Assembly: GCA_963823335.1 (NCBI GenBank)
Contig: CAWGLD010000001.1
Coordinates: 640,001 to 704,000, forward strand
Reading direction: 5' to 3'
Length of the DNA stretch: 64,000 nt
From: an uncultured delta proteobacterium
GTDB taxonomy: Bacteria > Desulfobacterota > Desulfobacteria > Desulfobacterales > B30-G6
Position numbers and translations under genes: made by a program. Shown here piece after piece: positions 52,057 to 62,239 of this stretch (positions are counted from its first letter, which is position 1; every line of letters starts with the position of its first letter). The notes under the pieces are model-generated. The model was not told where the DNA came from, searched no databases, and was given only the letters and a program-made list of their open reading frames with translations.

Positions 52057-53103
52057 TTAATGCGATTTTGCCCGTGTCCAGGCTTCATCCATGTAACGGT
52101 TCTTATTCCCAAGGTCCTTGGTAAAATGAAGTGTCTTCATGATGTCATCCGTGGGATAAATTCCAGGATTTGTCACGTCTTCCGGTGTAATATAAGGCAT
52201 GGACGCCGCATTGGGCGTGGCATACTGATTATAGTTGGAAAGTTCGGCACCCACCTGCGGCTCGAGAATCCAGTTAATCCACTTGTGGGCTGCATCGGAA
52301 TTAGGCGCCTTGGCAGGGATGCACATGGAGTCAAACCAGATCTCGCTTCCTTCCTTGGGGATGATAAACGCCAGGGTATCCGGCTCCTCGGTAACCGACT
52401 GGATGGCATCTCCATTATAGACGATGGCGGCCGCAGCGGTTCCTGCAACCACATCGTTTTTCCCGCCGACGCCGGGCTTAAACCCCATACAGTCCTTTAA
52501 CTTTTTCGTCGCCACCAGCAGATCGGCAGCTGCCTTGAGCTCTTTGGGTTCGGTGCTGTTGAAATCGTATCCCAGATAAAGGAGTGAGATACCCATCATT
52601 TCGCGGACCGAATCAATCAGCCAGAAAGCGCCGGGGTTCTTTTTTTGATCAAACAGAATCGACCAGGACTGGGCGTCTTCGGGCTTGATCTGGTCTTTTC
52701 GATACATGAGACCCACCGTGCCCCACTGCCATGCCACGGACCATTTGTTCCCTGGATCATAAGAGGTTTCCCGGAAAATAGGCTTCAGGTTCTTCATGTT
52801 CGGAATCTTGGCATGATCGAGCGGTTGAATCAGCTTCTGGTTGATCAACACAGGCATGATATAGTCCGACGGTACGATGATATCGTACTGACTGACACCG
52901 CCGGCCTGGAGCTTGGCCACCATCTCTTCATTGTTTTCGTAAATGTCGAGCCTGACTTTGATCCCTGTCGCTTCTTCGAAAGCGGCCGGCATCGCCTCCT
53001 CATCCATATACTCGGACCAGATGAAAATCTTCAGTTCTTCAGCCACTACCACGGCTGGAACCAGCAACGACAACACGATAAAAACCATAAATAATTTACG
53101 CAT
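52057..53103 (-). CDS. potD: Polyamine ABC transporter substrate-binding protein
   Basis: Signal peptide; WSEY, YDIIVPSDY, DPGNK..V.W.WGT and IPKEG..IWFD. Confidence 0.92.
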   Translation of the reverse strand: MRKLFMVFIVLSLLVPAVVVAEELKIFIWSEYMDEEAMPAAFEEATGIKVRLDIYENNEEMVAKLQAGGVSQYDIIVPSDYIMPVLINQKLIQPLDHAKIPNMKNLKPIFRETSYDPGNKWSVAWQWGTVGLMYRKDQIKPEDAQSWSILFDQKKNPGAFWLIDSVREMMGISLLYLGYDFNSTEPKELKAAADLLVATKKLKDCMGFKPGVGGKNDVVAGTAAAAIVYNGDAIQSVTEEPDTLAFIIPKEGSEIWFDSMCIPAKAPNSDAAHKWINWILEPQVGAELSNYNQYATPNAASMPYITPEDVTNPGIYPTDDIMKTLHFTKDLGNKNRYMDEAWTRAKSH

Positions 53104-53205
53104 CTCTCTCTCCTTTCTCTTGGTTAGTGCCTGTTAACACCTTAACAACTTGTTACCTTTACACAACTCACTCGACCCCTGGAATCCTCGAACCCTTCAG
53201 TTACA

Positions 53206-53997
53206 TCATCCTTTACGTGAAATACGCTCGGTGCCGATAACAAGAACCACCGTAATGATCATGATAAGGGTCGACAAAGCATGAATCTGGGGAGTCACAC
53301 CCCGGCGAACGGCTGCAAAAATGTAAAGAGGCAGCGTCTGGGATTCAGGCCCGGCGGTAAAGAAGCTGATTACAAAATCATCCAGAGAAAGCGTGAAGGC
53401 CAGCATACCCCCGGCCACAATACCGGGCATCAGTAATGGCAGCATGATGCGTCTTAGCAGATACCAGTTGCTGGCAAACAGATCACGTGCCGCTTCTTCA
53501 ATTTCATGGCCGATGGCGATAAGTCGGCTGCGTACCACAAGCGCGACAAATGCAACTTGAAAGGTGATGTGCCCGATGATCATGTTCAGAAGCCCGGGTT
53601 CAAACATGGTTGAGAGTACCCGCAAAAGCCCGAAGGCGACCACGAGTGCTGCCGCCAAAATAATATCCGGAATAACCACCGGGATGTGCAAGACAATATC
53701 GAGGGCGTTGCTGGTTCTGCGGGTCCAGGGAAAGCGGTCCATACCGATGGCCAATACGGTTCCCAAAACCGTGGCCACAAGGGTCGACACCACTGCCAGT
53801 ACCAGCGTGTTCCAGGCTGCTTCCAGAATCCATTCATTGCTGAAAAGTTTGACATACCAGTCGAGAGTAAACCCTTTCCAGACCAGACCACGCCGGGCCG
53901 AATTCACCGAGAAAACGGCAACGCCCAACAAAGGGATGTAGAGAAAACCCATGGTGAACAAGGCCAGAGAGGTAATGATGGGATGAGTTCGTTTCAT
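53206..53997 (-). CDS. potC: Polyamine ABC transporter permease
   Basis: FLYIPL, GFTLDWY, EEAARDL, AFTLSLDDF and TLPLYIF. Confidence 0.93.
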   Translation of the reverse strand: MKRTHPIITSLALFTMGFLYIPLLGVAVFSVNSARRGLVWKGFTLDWYVKLFSNEWILEAAWNTLVLAVVSTLVATVLGTVLAIGMDRFPWTRRTSNALDIVLHIPVVIPDIILAAALVVAFGLLRVLSTMFEPGLLNMIIGHITFQVAFVALVVRSRLIAIGHEIEEAARDLFASNWYLLRRIMLPLLMPGIVAGGMLAFTLSLDDFVISFFTAGPESQTLPLYIFAAVRRGVTPQIHALSTLIMIITVVLVIGTERISRKG

Positions 53998-54903
53998 ACG
54001 TGCTCGATCTCCTTGCTCCTGCGCCGATAGATCTGGAGGCTGATCATGGTCAGCACCATGAGCCCCATGCTGATGGCTGCACCAAAAGGCCAGTCCCTGC
54101 TGGATCCGAACTGTTGCTGGATCAGATTTCCAACCAGCATGTACTTGGCGCCTCCCAAAAGATCGGGAACGATAAACATACCCATGGCCGGAACAAAGGT
54201 CAGAATGACCCCCACGGACAATCCGGGCATCGTCTGGGGCAGAATGGCCTGGGTAAATACACGTATCCGTGATGCATACAGATCCTGGGCAGCTTCCACC
54301 AGGGACCAGTCGAGTTTTTCCACACTAGCGTACAGCGGCAAGGTGACAAAAGGTAAAAACATGGAAACCATACCGATATAGACCGCGAAGGCATTCGGAT
54401 AGAGAGGTGCCCCCTCGCTGATAAATCCCAGCGCGGCGGCCAGCTTGGCAAATGGAAGTTCCGGTGCCAAAATCAAAAACCAGGCATAGGTTCTGAATGA
54501 CCATGTTGGTCCAGAAGGGGATGATCACCAGTGTCAGCCACATGTAACGGCTTCTTTCTTCCCGTGCGGCAATAAAAAAGCACAGAGGATATGAAAGCAG
54601 GATGGATACCAGGGTCGTTACCAGAGCCACCACCACCGATCGCCACAGGATGAGCAGGTAATCGGACGTCCATCCAAACAGGCTGAAGCCCATGAGCCGT
54701 TTGTAGTTTTCAATGGTGAATTCCCATACCAGCTGGCCGTAGGCCCCACGCGTGGCAAAACTGACCACCACCAGAACCAGTCCGGGCAGTACCAGAAAAA
54801 CCAAGAGCCAGAGCATTCCGCTTGAAAGGAAAAAAAACCCGCGTTTCAGGAGTTGCGCCTGGGTGGTCAGTTCTCCGTACCATATGAGGAGCCTATGTTT
54901 CAT
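53994..54903 (-). pseudogene. potB: Polyamine ABC permease split by a +1 frameshift near 54496 (may be a sequencing error)
   Basis: Removing one T from ATG GTC ATTC AGA restores the conserved IPFWTNMVIRTYAW; both halves are otherwise intact. Confidence 0.8.
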
Positions 54904-55958
54904 CGGTATTATCCAGTATTACCAGTTCGTTGGGCGAAAGTTCAAGCCAAACTTGATCACCGGGCTTAAAATTTTTATAAGAACTGGTACGGACACGAAG
55001 AGGGCCGGGATTGAGCCAGAGATCAAAATTGGTGCCCCGGTAAATGACTTCACTGACCGTCGCCCTTACACCGTTTGTTTCAGGCTGGGAATCCCGAATC
55101 CAGACCCACTCGGGCCGGATCGCCAATAGACCGCTTTCCCATGGAGGCTCTTTTTCTACTTTCAATACACCGAAGGGGGTCTGGATACCACCGGTGACTT
55201 TCTCTGCCTTTGATGAGGTTTGCAGCACCCAGAAACTCCGCCACAAATCTGTTTTTGGGAAAGTCGTACACTTCCTGCGGCGTTCCGTATTGAACCACCC
55301 GTCCTTCATGCATCACCGCCAGACGATCGCTGCAGACCAGTGCTTCGGACTGGTCATGGGTAACCAGAAGAAAGGTTTTCCCGAGACGGCGCTGGATGCG
55401 CCGAAGATCCTCTTGAACCTGTGCCCGCAATTTGGCATCGAGGGCGGACATGGGCTCGTCCAGCAACAGAATCTCCGGTTCGTTCACCAGCGCCCGTGCA
55501 AGTGCCACGCGCTGTTTTTGACCACCTGACAACTGATCAGGTCGACGGTTTTTCATCTCCTGAAGCCCCAGCATCTCCATCCGTTTGTCCACCCGCTTTT
55601 CTACCTCGCTGTTGGGGAATTTTCGCGAGCGCAGTCCGAAGGCAATATTTTCATAGACACTCAGATGGGGAAAAAGCGCATAACTCTGAAAGACCGTATT
55701 CACCTGTCTTTTGGTGGCGGGCAGGGAAGTAACATCCTGCCCCCCCAGATAGACGTGACCTGTATCTGGTAATTCCAGACCGGCAATAATGCGAAGCAAC
55801 GTGGTTTTACCACAACCGGAAGGTCCCAGCAGGGTCAGAAATTCACCACTGTATACCTCCAGATCCACGTCCTTGAGGGCTTCCACATTTCCGAAGCGCT
55901 TGTTGATACCCTTGACAATCAATCCGTCTTTGTTTGCAGAAATCATCTTTCCTGGCAT
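54893..55958 (-). pseudogene. potA: Polyamine ABC ATPase with a +1 frameshift near 55210 (may be a sequencing error)
   Basis: GPSGCGKT, LSGGQKQR and LLLDEP; removing one A from ATCAAAGGCA joins the TOBE-domain frame (LAIRPE, IYRG). Confidence 0.8.
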
Positions 55959-56003
55959 TTCTCTATTAAGGTTAAGATACCTCTTTTACCTGCCTGGGGT
56001 GTA

Positions 56004-56549
56004 TCAGCCCATATAACCGGGTGTGCGTGGAACACGAACAGCTGCATTCAGAACATTTTGAGCGAGTCGGTGTCGTTTCTCGCCGGCCGTACCGGCTGAA
56101 ATGCGCTGTTTCATCTGGCTATTCCGAAGTTTGCGGGAATTTTTATCCGGTTCTTTGAACAGCAAAGCCCCGTAATTGCATTCATCCACACAGACCGGCG
56201 TGCCGCCACAAAGATCACACTTGAATGCCTTGCCGGACCCGTATTGCTCGATCATACCATAAGGGCAGGCATCGACACAATCACCGCACCCGTCACATTT
56301 GCTCACATCCACCACAACGACGCCCCTGTCGTTTTTGAAGATGGCCTCCACCGGACAGGCCTCCATACAGTCTGGTTTCGGACACTGAAAACAGATGTTC
56401 TGTACCGAATACCCCTGGAGCGGAAAATTGTTTATTTTCATTCGTGCCTTCGAGGGCATGAACAAACCTTCTTTTGCAGCAGCACAGGCATATGTGCAAC
56501 GATTGCACCCTGTGCAGCGATTGGGTATGGCCAACAGATGCTTTTCCAT
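56004..56549 (-). CDS. 4Fe-4S dicluster electron-transfer protein (AOR partner type)
   Basis: CTGCNRC...C, CFQC...CMEACP, CDGCGDCVDACPYG and KCDLC...CVDEC. Confidence 0.9.
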   Translation of the reverse strand: MEKHLLAIPNRCTGCNRCTYACAAAKEGLFMPSKARMKINNFPLQGYSVQNICFQCPKPDCMEACPVEAIFKNDRGVVVVDVSKCDGCGDCVDACPYGMIEQYGSGKAFKCDLCGGTPVCVDECNYGALLFKEPDKNSRKLRNSQMKQRISAGTAGEKRHRLAQNVLNAAVRVPRTPGYMG

Positions 56550-56608
56550 CGTACTCCTCCATCGTTATATATCAAACCTGCGGTTAGCGATGCTAACACG
56601 TTTATTTT

Positions 56609-59600
56609 TTAAAGACCTTCAAGACCAAGTTTTTCCAACTTGTCTTCACCGGGCCTGCCGTCAGCATCCCATCCGCGAAGATGATAATAGAGTAGTTTCA
56701 TCTCCTCCAGGTCTTCGAAACGTAAAACACGCCCTTCATGGGGACCATTTTCGAGGGTCTTTTTGATCAATTTATCCGACAGCACATCATCCTTTGCCGT
56801 AAAGCCTGCCCGAAGATTGTAAAGACGCATGAGGTTCCAGATCCGTTCGCCCGCTTTGTCCAAATCTTCGGCAGAAAATTGCCGACCCATACCTGCGGTC
56901 AACAGACCCGCCATGATCTGTGTATCGACAGATCCCCAGAAGTCACAAAAGCACATGCACCATTTGATGGCATTGCCGTTCTGACCCTTGATCACTTCTT
57001 TGACCATTGAATCGAGTTTGAAGGGGTCTTCCGCAAACAAGGTAAACGCTCTTAGATGGCAGGCACCACGCTCACTGGTGGCATACGCCAAGCCCATCCC
57101 ATAACTTCCCCTGGGGTCGTAAGCGGGCATTTCCAGTCCTTTGGCATGGGCCGCTTTTCCGGACTCCCCATATAACGCATCCAGTTTTGCGGCACCCTGG
57201 GCCAGTGTACGGCCTCTCTCCGTGGACAGACGCGCGATTTCCTCCACCACCGCCAGGTACCCCTCTGGCTGACCGAATGCCAGTTCAAAGTCATTCAGCC
57301 CCGCTTCGGTCAGATCCATGGCCAGGGCGATGGTACTGCCTGTAGACATGGTGTCCAGACCAAGATCATCGCAAATGCGGTTAAAACGCATGACCTGCTC
57401 CAGGTCATTGATCTCGCAGTTGGAACCACCCAGGCATAATGTCTCGTATTCAGGTCCTTCCATTTCGACCCCGTTAACGGAGGTAAAATTGCCGCAGCCC
57501 AGCGGACACGATGCACAGGCCCTGTCTCCGATCTGGATGGACTTGATGGCTTCCGAATCGAGTGAATTGCGTCGGGGATTCATACCCTGAGTGTAATTGC
57601 GGGTGGGATGTATACCCATCTCATTGGTAACTTCCACCAGCATAGGCGTGCCTTTATTCTTGGCCCACAGGTTTCCTTCGGTCAACAGGTTGGACTCTGT
57701 GGCATCGGCCACCTTCCCCAGGAAAACACCCATATCAGCAACCTGAACCCCTCCTGTGCCGATACAGGCAAGCGCCTTGAGCTTCTTGGCTCCGAAAAGA
57801 GACCCCGCGCCTCCACGTCCCATCTGCCGATAGGCTTCTGAGCCGATACAGGCAAAGGGGATGATATTTTCGCCAGCCGGGCCGATGGAGAGACTCTTGA
57901 CCTCATGCCCCATGGTCTCCTGCAGCCATTCCTCTGTCTCGAATATTCCTTTACCCCAGACAGCATCCGCTTTTTCCAGGCTTACCCGGTCATCTTCGAT
58001 ACGCAGATAAACCGGGCTATCCGCCTGACCCGTAATGACGATACCGTCATACCCGGCGAATTTGAGTTCGGGACCGAAGGCACCACCTATGTTTGATTCG
58101 AAAATCGTGCCTGTGGCCGGCGACTTGGAAACAAGACAGAGCCGGGATGCCGTGGGTGCCAGGGTGCCGCACAATGGACCGGTCATGATCACGATGGGGG
58201 TGTCCGGTGACAGGGCATCGGCGGTGGGATCCGAAAGATCGTAGAAATACCGTGTCGCAAGACCCCACCCGCCGATGTAGTCATTTAGCCAGTTTTTGTT
58301 AATAGGCTTGGCTGTAACGGTTCGGGATGAAAGATCCACATGCAGCAGTTGGCCGGCGTAGAGATTCATGGTCTGGGGTCTTTTGGGCAGTTCGATGGAT
58401 TTGAAAACATCTTCGAGCCGGTTGAGAATTTCATCTAAAATTTTCTGGGGCACATTCAAGGCCGGTTCAAATCGGATGTTTTTTGCATTGGTCAGGGTTC
58501 CGGCCGTGAGGACGCCTCGCGAAAATAGACCCGAAGCGACTTTGTACCCGATGCCGTCTGTGGAAAATTCCATGCCTATCAAAAGCCCCAGACCCCTGAC
58601 ATTGGCCAGTACCCCGGGATATCGATCCTGAAGTTGTCTCAACTGGCTGCGCACATAGTGGCCTTTGGTTTTAGCCTGCCCGGCCAGATCTTCCTCCAAT
58701 AAAACCGTGATCGCCGCCAGGGCGGATGCACACGCCAGGGGATTTCCGCCGGTGGTGGTAGTGTGCATAAAGGGGTTGGGCTCCATGCATTCCCATATTT
58801 TCGCGGTGGACATAAAGGCGGACATGGGCACCACACCACCTCCCAGGGCTTTGCCCAGGCAGAGGATGTCCGGTGCGACATTCCAGTGATCCACACCGAA
58901 GATCTCTCCGGTACGGCCCATGCCGGTCTGGACCTCATCCGCGATAAGGAGCACGCCGTAATGACTGCAGATTTCACGTAAACGCGGCCAGTAATCATCG
59001 GGTGGCACGATGGCGCCGGCTTCACCCTGTATGGGCTCCGCAACGACAGCGGCAATACCGTCACCCACCGCTTTGGCAGCCGCCAGGGCTTGTTCCACAG
59101 CCTGGGCATCGCCAAAAGGAACATGCCGGACCCCCTCGAGCAGGGGCAGCAGGGGCTCCCGATACGTCTTTTTACCCATCAATGAAAGCGCTCCCAGGGT
59201 CTTGCCGTGAAAGGCCTTGAGCATGGAGATGAATCCGCTTTTTCCGGTGTAGAGCTTGGCCAGCTTCATGGCGCCTTCCACCGCTTCCGTTCCGGAATTG
59301 GCGAAAAAGCCGTATTGAATCTTTCCCGGTGTCAGCAACGCCAGGACCCTGGCCAGTTGGGCGCGCAAGGGATCGAGCATCTCCTGGCTGTACTGGGGCG
59401 AACGGTCCAGCTGGGCTTTGACGGCCTGCACAATCTTCGGGTGACGAATTCCGTAGGAGTATAAACCAAAGCCGCCCAGAAGGTCCAGATACTCGCGGTC
59501 GAGGGCATCCACAAGGACAGAGCCCTGACCCGTCCACTCTGTAATGGCAAAATTCGTCGCCTCGGTGACGGATTTTCTGTAATTGAGAAAGCCTTTGTTG

Positions 59601-59773
59601 ATGTGGTCCCTGAAATTGCGTTCGGTTTTCAGAGCGACTTCCTGGCGTACATCGAGGGCTGTCTGTTCCAGGGGGGTCAATATGATATCAACCATTTGCA
59701 CGGCCTCTTTCAGAGCCGTCTGTATGTCCCTTCCCCGATAATCGCTCTTATAATTTTTTTCAAAATCTCGCAT
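56609..59773 (-). CDS. Fusion of putrescine aminotransferase (PatA-like, 59773-58370) and aldehyde:ferredoxin oxidoreductase (58369-56609), 1054 aa
   Basis: N-terminal HINKGFLNYRKSVT, FHGKTLG, EPIQGEAG, DEVQTGMGRTG, LGKALGGG and HTTTTGGNP; C-terminal SKSPATG, GPELKFAGYD, GRGG.G, CASCPLGC, EYET, DDLGLD, KGLEMPAYDPR and RGACH. Confidence 0.92.
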   Translation of the reverse strand: MRDFEKNYKSDYRGRDIQTALKEAVQMVDIILTPLEQTALDVRQEVALKTERNFRDHINKGFLNYRKSVTEATNFAITEWTGQGSVLVDALDREYLDLLGGFGLYSYGIRHPKIVQAVKAQLDRSPQYSQEMLDPLRAQLARVLALLTPGKIQYGFFANSGTEAVEGAMKLAKLYTGKSGFISMLKAFHGKTLGALSLMGKKTYREPLLPLLEGVRHVPFGDAQAVEQALAAAKAVGDGIAAVVAEPIQGEAGAIVPPDDYWPRLREICSHYGVLLIADEVQTGMGRTGEIFGVDHWNVAPDILCLGKALGGGVVPMSAFMSTAKIWECMEPNPFMHTTTTGGNPLACASALAAITVLLEEDLAGQAKTKGHYVRSQLRQLQDRYPGVLANVRGLGLLIGMEFSTDGIGYKVASGLFSRGVLTAGTLTNAKNIRFEPALNVPQKILDEILNRLEDVFKSIELPKRPQTMNLYAGQLLHVDLSSRTVTAKPINKNWLNDYIGGWGLATRYFYDLSDPTADALSPDTPIVIMTGPLCGTLAPTASRLCLVSKSPATGTIFESNIGGAFGPELKFAGYDGIVITGQADSPVYLRIEDDRVSLEKADAVWGKGIFETEEWLQETMGHEVKSLSIGPAGENIIPFACIGSEAYRQMGRGGAGSLFGAKKLKALACIGTGGVQVADMGVFLGKVADATESNLLTEGNLWAKNKGTPMLVEVTNEMGIHPTRNYTQGMNPRRNSLDSEAIKSIQIGDRACASCPLGCGNFTSVNGVEMEGPEYETLCLGGSNCEINDLEQVMRFNRICDDLGLDTMSTGSTIALAMDLTEAGLNDFELAFGQPEGYLAVVEEIARLSTERGRTLAQGAAKLDALYGESGKAAHAKGLEMPAYDPRGSYGMGLAYATSERGACHLRAFTLFAEDPFKLDSMVKEVIKGQNGNAIKWCMCFCDFWGSVDTQIMAGLLTAGMGRQFSAEDLDKAGERIWNLMRLYNLRAGFTAKDDVLSDKLIKKTLENGPHEGRVLRFEDLEEMKLLYYHLRGWDADGRPGEDKLEKLGLEGL

Positions 59774-59855
59774 TTTATACTCCTATCTTTCTTTTTGCTG
59801 CCATGCCGCAATTGACCTTGATGGCATGTGCGCACAAAAGCGGTCTGACCCAAAC

Positions 59856-60001
59856 TAGAAGCTATCTCAAAAAAGTTTTTTGACCCAATTTCTGTGTTGG
59901 TTTCTTGCTTCAACTCCTCGGAATACTGCAGTATGCCTGCGGGTTGACGTTCGGGCCCGCCTTGAACTTGAGCCAAAACTCTTTTTTTGAGATGGCTTCT
60001 A
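59856..60001. mobile_element. MITE-like element, copy 2
   Basis: TA-GAAGCTATCTCAAAAAA...TTTTTTGAGATGGCTTC-TA; near-identical to 9306-9477. Confidence 0.8.
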
Positions 60002-60601
60002 AACTGTCGGCTGCTTTAACAATTTGACGGCGATCTCCTTTGAAGCTTTGGCAAAGGTCTCAAATGGCTGACCATCGGAAAGAAACTGTGTGTGGAATTC
60101 CAACCCTTCCATAAGGGTTACAATAAAATCCGCCGCCATTTTTACATCTTTTGCCTTTGTGATACCCGCTTCCTGGTATATTTCCAGCTCATGCACCAGA
60201 TAATCTCGAAACCGTTTGAACATTTCCCTGAAGCGTTTCCGAATCACCGGTTTCCTGAAGCTGAGATAGTAAAACCCGAAGTGAACACCCGTATCCACAG
60301 TCCTTGACCACTCAAGGGAAAAAATAGTATCCATCAGCGCTTGAAACCGCTCATTTAAATCCGGGATGTGACTGAAATCAAGAAATTCCGGTGCCTCGTA
60401 TTTCTCGATGATGAGGTCTACGAGCTCGATGGTCATATTTTCTTTGGTTTTAAAGTAGTGAATGATCAGACTGGGATGGATTTTCGCGCGCTTTGCGATC
60501 TTGCCGATGGATGCGCCCTCCAGTCCTTCCTTCATGATTACCTGGTAGTAATTTTCTAGAATTTCTGATTTGCGTATTTCAGCTTTTTGATTTTTCCGCA
60601 T
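59999..60601 (-). CDS. TetR family transcriptional regulator
   Basis: EGLEGASIGKIAKRAKIHPSLIIHYFKTKE. Confidence 0.9.
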   Translation of the reverse strand: MRKNQKAEIRKSEILENYYQVIMKEGLEGASIGKIAKRAKIHPSLIIHYFKTKENMTIELVDLIIEKYEAPEFLDFSHIPDLNERFQALMDTIFSLEWSRTVDTGVHFGFYYLSFRKPVIRKRFREMFKRFRDYLVHELEIYQEAGITKAKDVKMAADFIVTLMEGLEFHTQFLSDGQPFETFAKASKEIAVKLLKQPTV

Positions 60602-60624
60602 GGGTCGCTTGCGCTCCGGAGAAA

Positions 60625-60670
60625 ATTATATGAATATTCATTTAATAATCTTGGCGAAAAGGGCTGTCAA
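60625..60670 (-). promoter_or_regulatory. Promoter (-35 TTGACA) with near-perfect 22-bp palindrome, putative TetR operator
   Basis: ATTATATGAATATTCATTTAAT at 60625-60646; TTGACA at 60670-60665. Confidence 0.6.
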
Positions 60671-60727
60671 GAAAAAATTTGAAACAAAAAAAACGATCGC
60701 ACCCCCGCTAGGCTCTGCCATATGGCA

Positions 60728-60761
60728 GAAGATTCCTCGCAGCTTGCTGCGAGGAATCTTC
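60728..60761. repeat. Palindrome GAAGATTCCTCGCAGC-TT-GCTGCGAGGAATCTTC
   Basis: Perfect 16-bp arms; related to 4860-4893; lies after the DUF4143 gene stop. Confidence 0.75.
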
Positions 60762-60784
60762 AATAGCGATCTTCTACTGACACC

Positions 60785-62080
60785 CTATATTGCTCGGCTC
60801 AGCGGGAAATTTGGTGGCTGAAACAGTCTGTGCGACGGCACGGCCCAGATATCCGGCTCGGCAAGGGGTTTGATGGACTTCCCGGTGTGGATCACCAGGC
60901 CACCCAGCCACTTTTTACCGAGCTGTTGTGCGACTGTGCGCATGGCACGCGTATCTTTGGTGTGTGCGGTGGCGCGGGATTTAATTTCCATTGCGATGAT
61001 GCCGGCCGGTGTTTCAAGCAGCAGGTCCAACTCCATGCCGGATCTTGTGCGGTAAAAATACAGTTCGGCTTCTTTGCCGCGGGTTCGCATCCATTTGATA
61101 ATTTCCGCAACCACCATGGTTTCATAAAGCTGGCCGCTGGTTTCTCCCCTATAACCGGTCAGTTGACGCCAGATCCCGACATCAGTCCAGAAAAGCTTGG
61201 GCGTTTTGATCGTAGAACTTGTGATGTTTTTATAATAGGGCTGCAGCAGAAAGGTCTGATAGGAGAGCCGCAAATATTCCATGTACCTTCTGGCTGAATC
61301 GACGCTGATACCGGTATCTCTTGCCAGTTCTGAATAGTTGAGCAGCATGCCGGAGCGCAGAGCAGAGAGCTTTTGGTATTTTCGAAACGGCATCAAATCA
61401 TCCAGACGGGCCAAATCAGCGAGGTCGCGTTCCAAATAGGTATATCCATAGTTTTTTAGCCATTCCCATCGTTCTGCGTCCGACAATGGGAGCAAGGCAG
61501 GCATACCGCCCCAGGCAAGTATATGTTGTTCCGCCTGACGACAGGCCAAATCGTCGGCTTCAAGCAAAACCGACTGAATGCCAGTAAGTATCCGGGCTAC
61601 TGGATGCCCTGAAAAAAACGCATCGATCAGCGGCACGGGGCGTTCTGCATTGCCGTCCTTTGCCTTCTGGAGCAGTTCACACGGCATTAGTGGCCAAAGT
61701 TCGTAAAAGAAAGCCCTGCCTGCCAATGATTCGCGAATCTTTTTGAGCAATAGAATCTGACTCGATCCGGTAAGCACCGTAAAGGAGATCGCCCCTTCAT
61801 CAAAAGCGTATTTCACTTTTTCAAAAATGGAAGGCTCTTTTTGAGCTTCGTCAATAACTGCATTGCCCACGGTTTGCGCCCAGGCCAGGGTTGAAAGCTG
61901 GCGAAGTGTGTCACGGTTTTCCGGGGCATCCAAGTTGATATATCGCAAGGCCGAATAAGCGGTCCTGCAAAGGGTGGTTTTCCCGGTTTGGCGCGCGCCG
62001 GTGAGAACCACGATTCGATGGGTTGCAGCGTTGGGTAAGCGTTGGTTGACTTGGCGGTATTTGTGTGAATCAAACGACAT
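60785..62080 (-). CDS. AAA_14 ATPase with DUF4143 / PD-(D/E)xK-like C-terminus
   Basis: TGARQTGKT, IDEAQ, LTGSS, ESLAGR, GGMP, KTPKLFWTDVG and ELDLLL...AMEIKS. Confidence 0.88.
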   Translation of the reverse strand: MSFDSHKYRQVNQRLPNAATHRIVVLTGARQTGKTTLCRTAYSALRYINLDAPENRDTLRQLSTLAWAQTVGNAVIDEAQKEPSIFEKVKYAFDEGAISFTVLTGSSQILLLKKIRESLAGRAFFYELWPLMPCELLQKAKDGNAERPVPLIDAFFSGHPVARILTGIQSVLLEADDLACRQAEQHILAWGGMPALLPLSDAERWEWLKNYGYTYLERDLADLARLDDLMPFRKYQKLSALRSGMLLNYSELARDTGISVDSARRYMEYLRLSYQTFLLQPYYKNITSSTIKTPKLFWTDVGIWRQLTGYRGETSGQLYETMVVAEIIKWMRTRGKEAELYFYRTRSGMELDLLLETPAGIIAMEIKSRATAHTKDTRAMRTVAQQLGKKWLGGLVIHTGKSIKPLAEPDIWAVPSHRLFQPPNFPLSRAI

Positions 62081-62239
62081 GAACGTATAATAGGCTGTAA
62101 AATTTACGATGTCAACATAAAATATACATCAGTATCGCCTTTTGTAAAACAGGGATTCGATGCAAAAGTCATTGCCTGACAAGCCTAACCAACCCCCGTT
62201 TCAAGGTCTGATCGATCACCTTGCCTTGGGCGAACCATG

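Noticed and set aside
54490-55215. Programmed ribosomal frameshifting in potA/potB
   Set aside because: No slippery heptamer or stimulatory structure is evident, and I know no precedent in this family; indel error is simpler.
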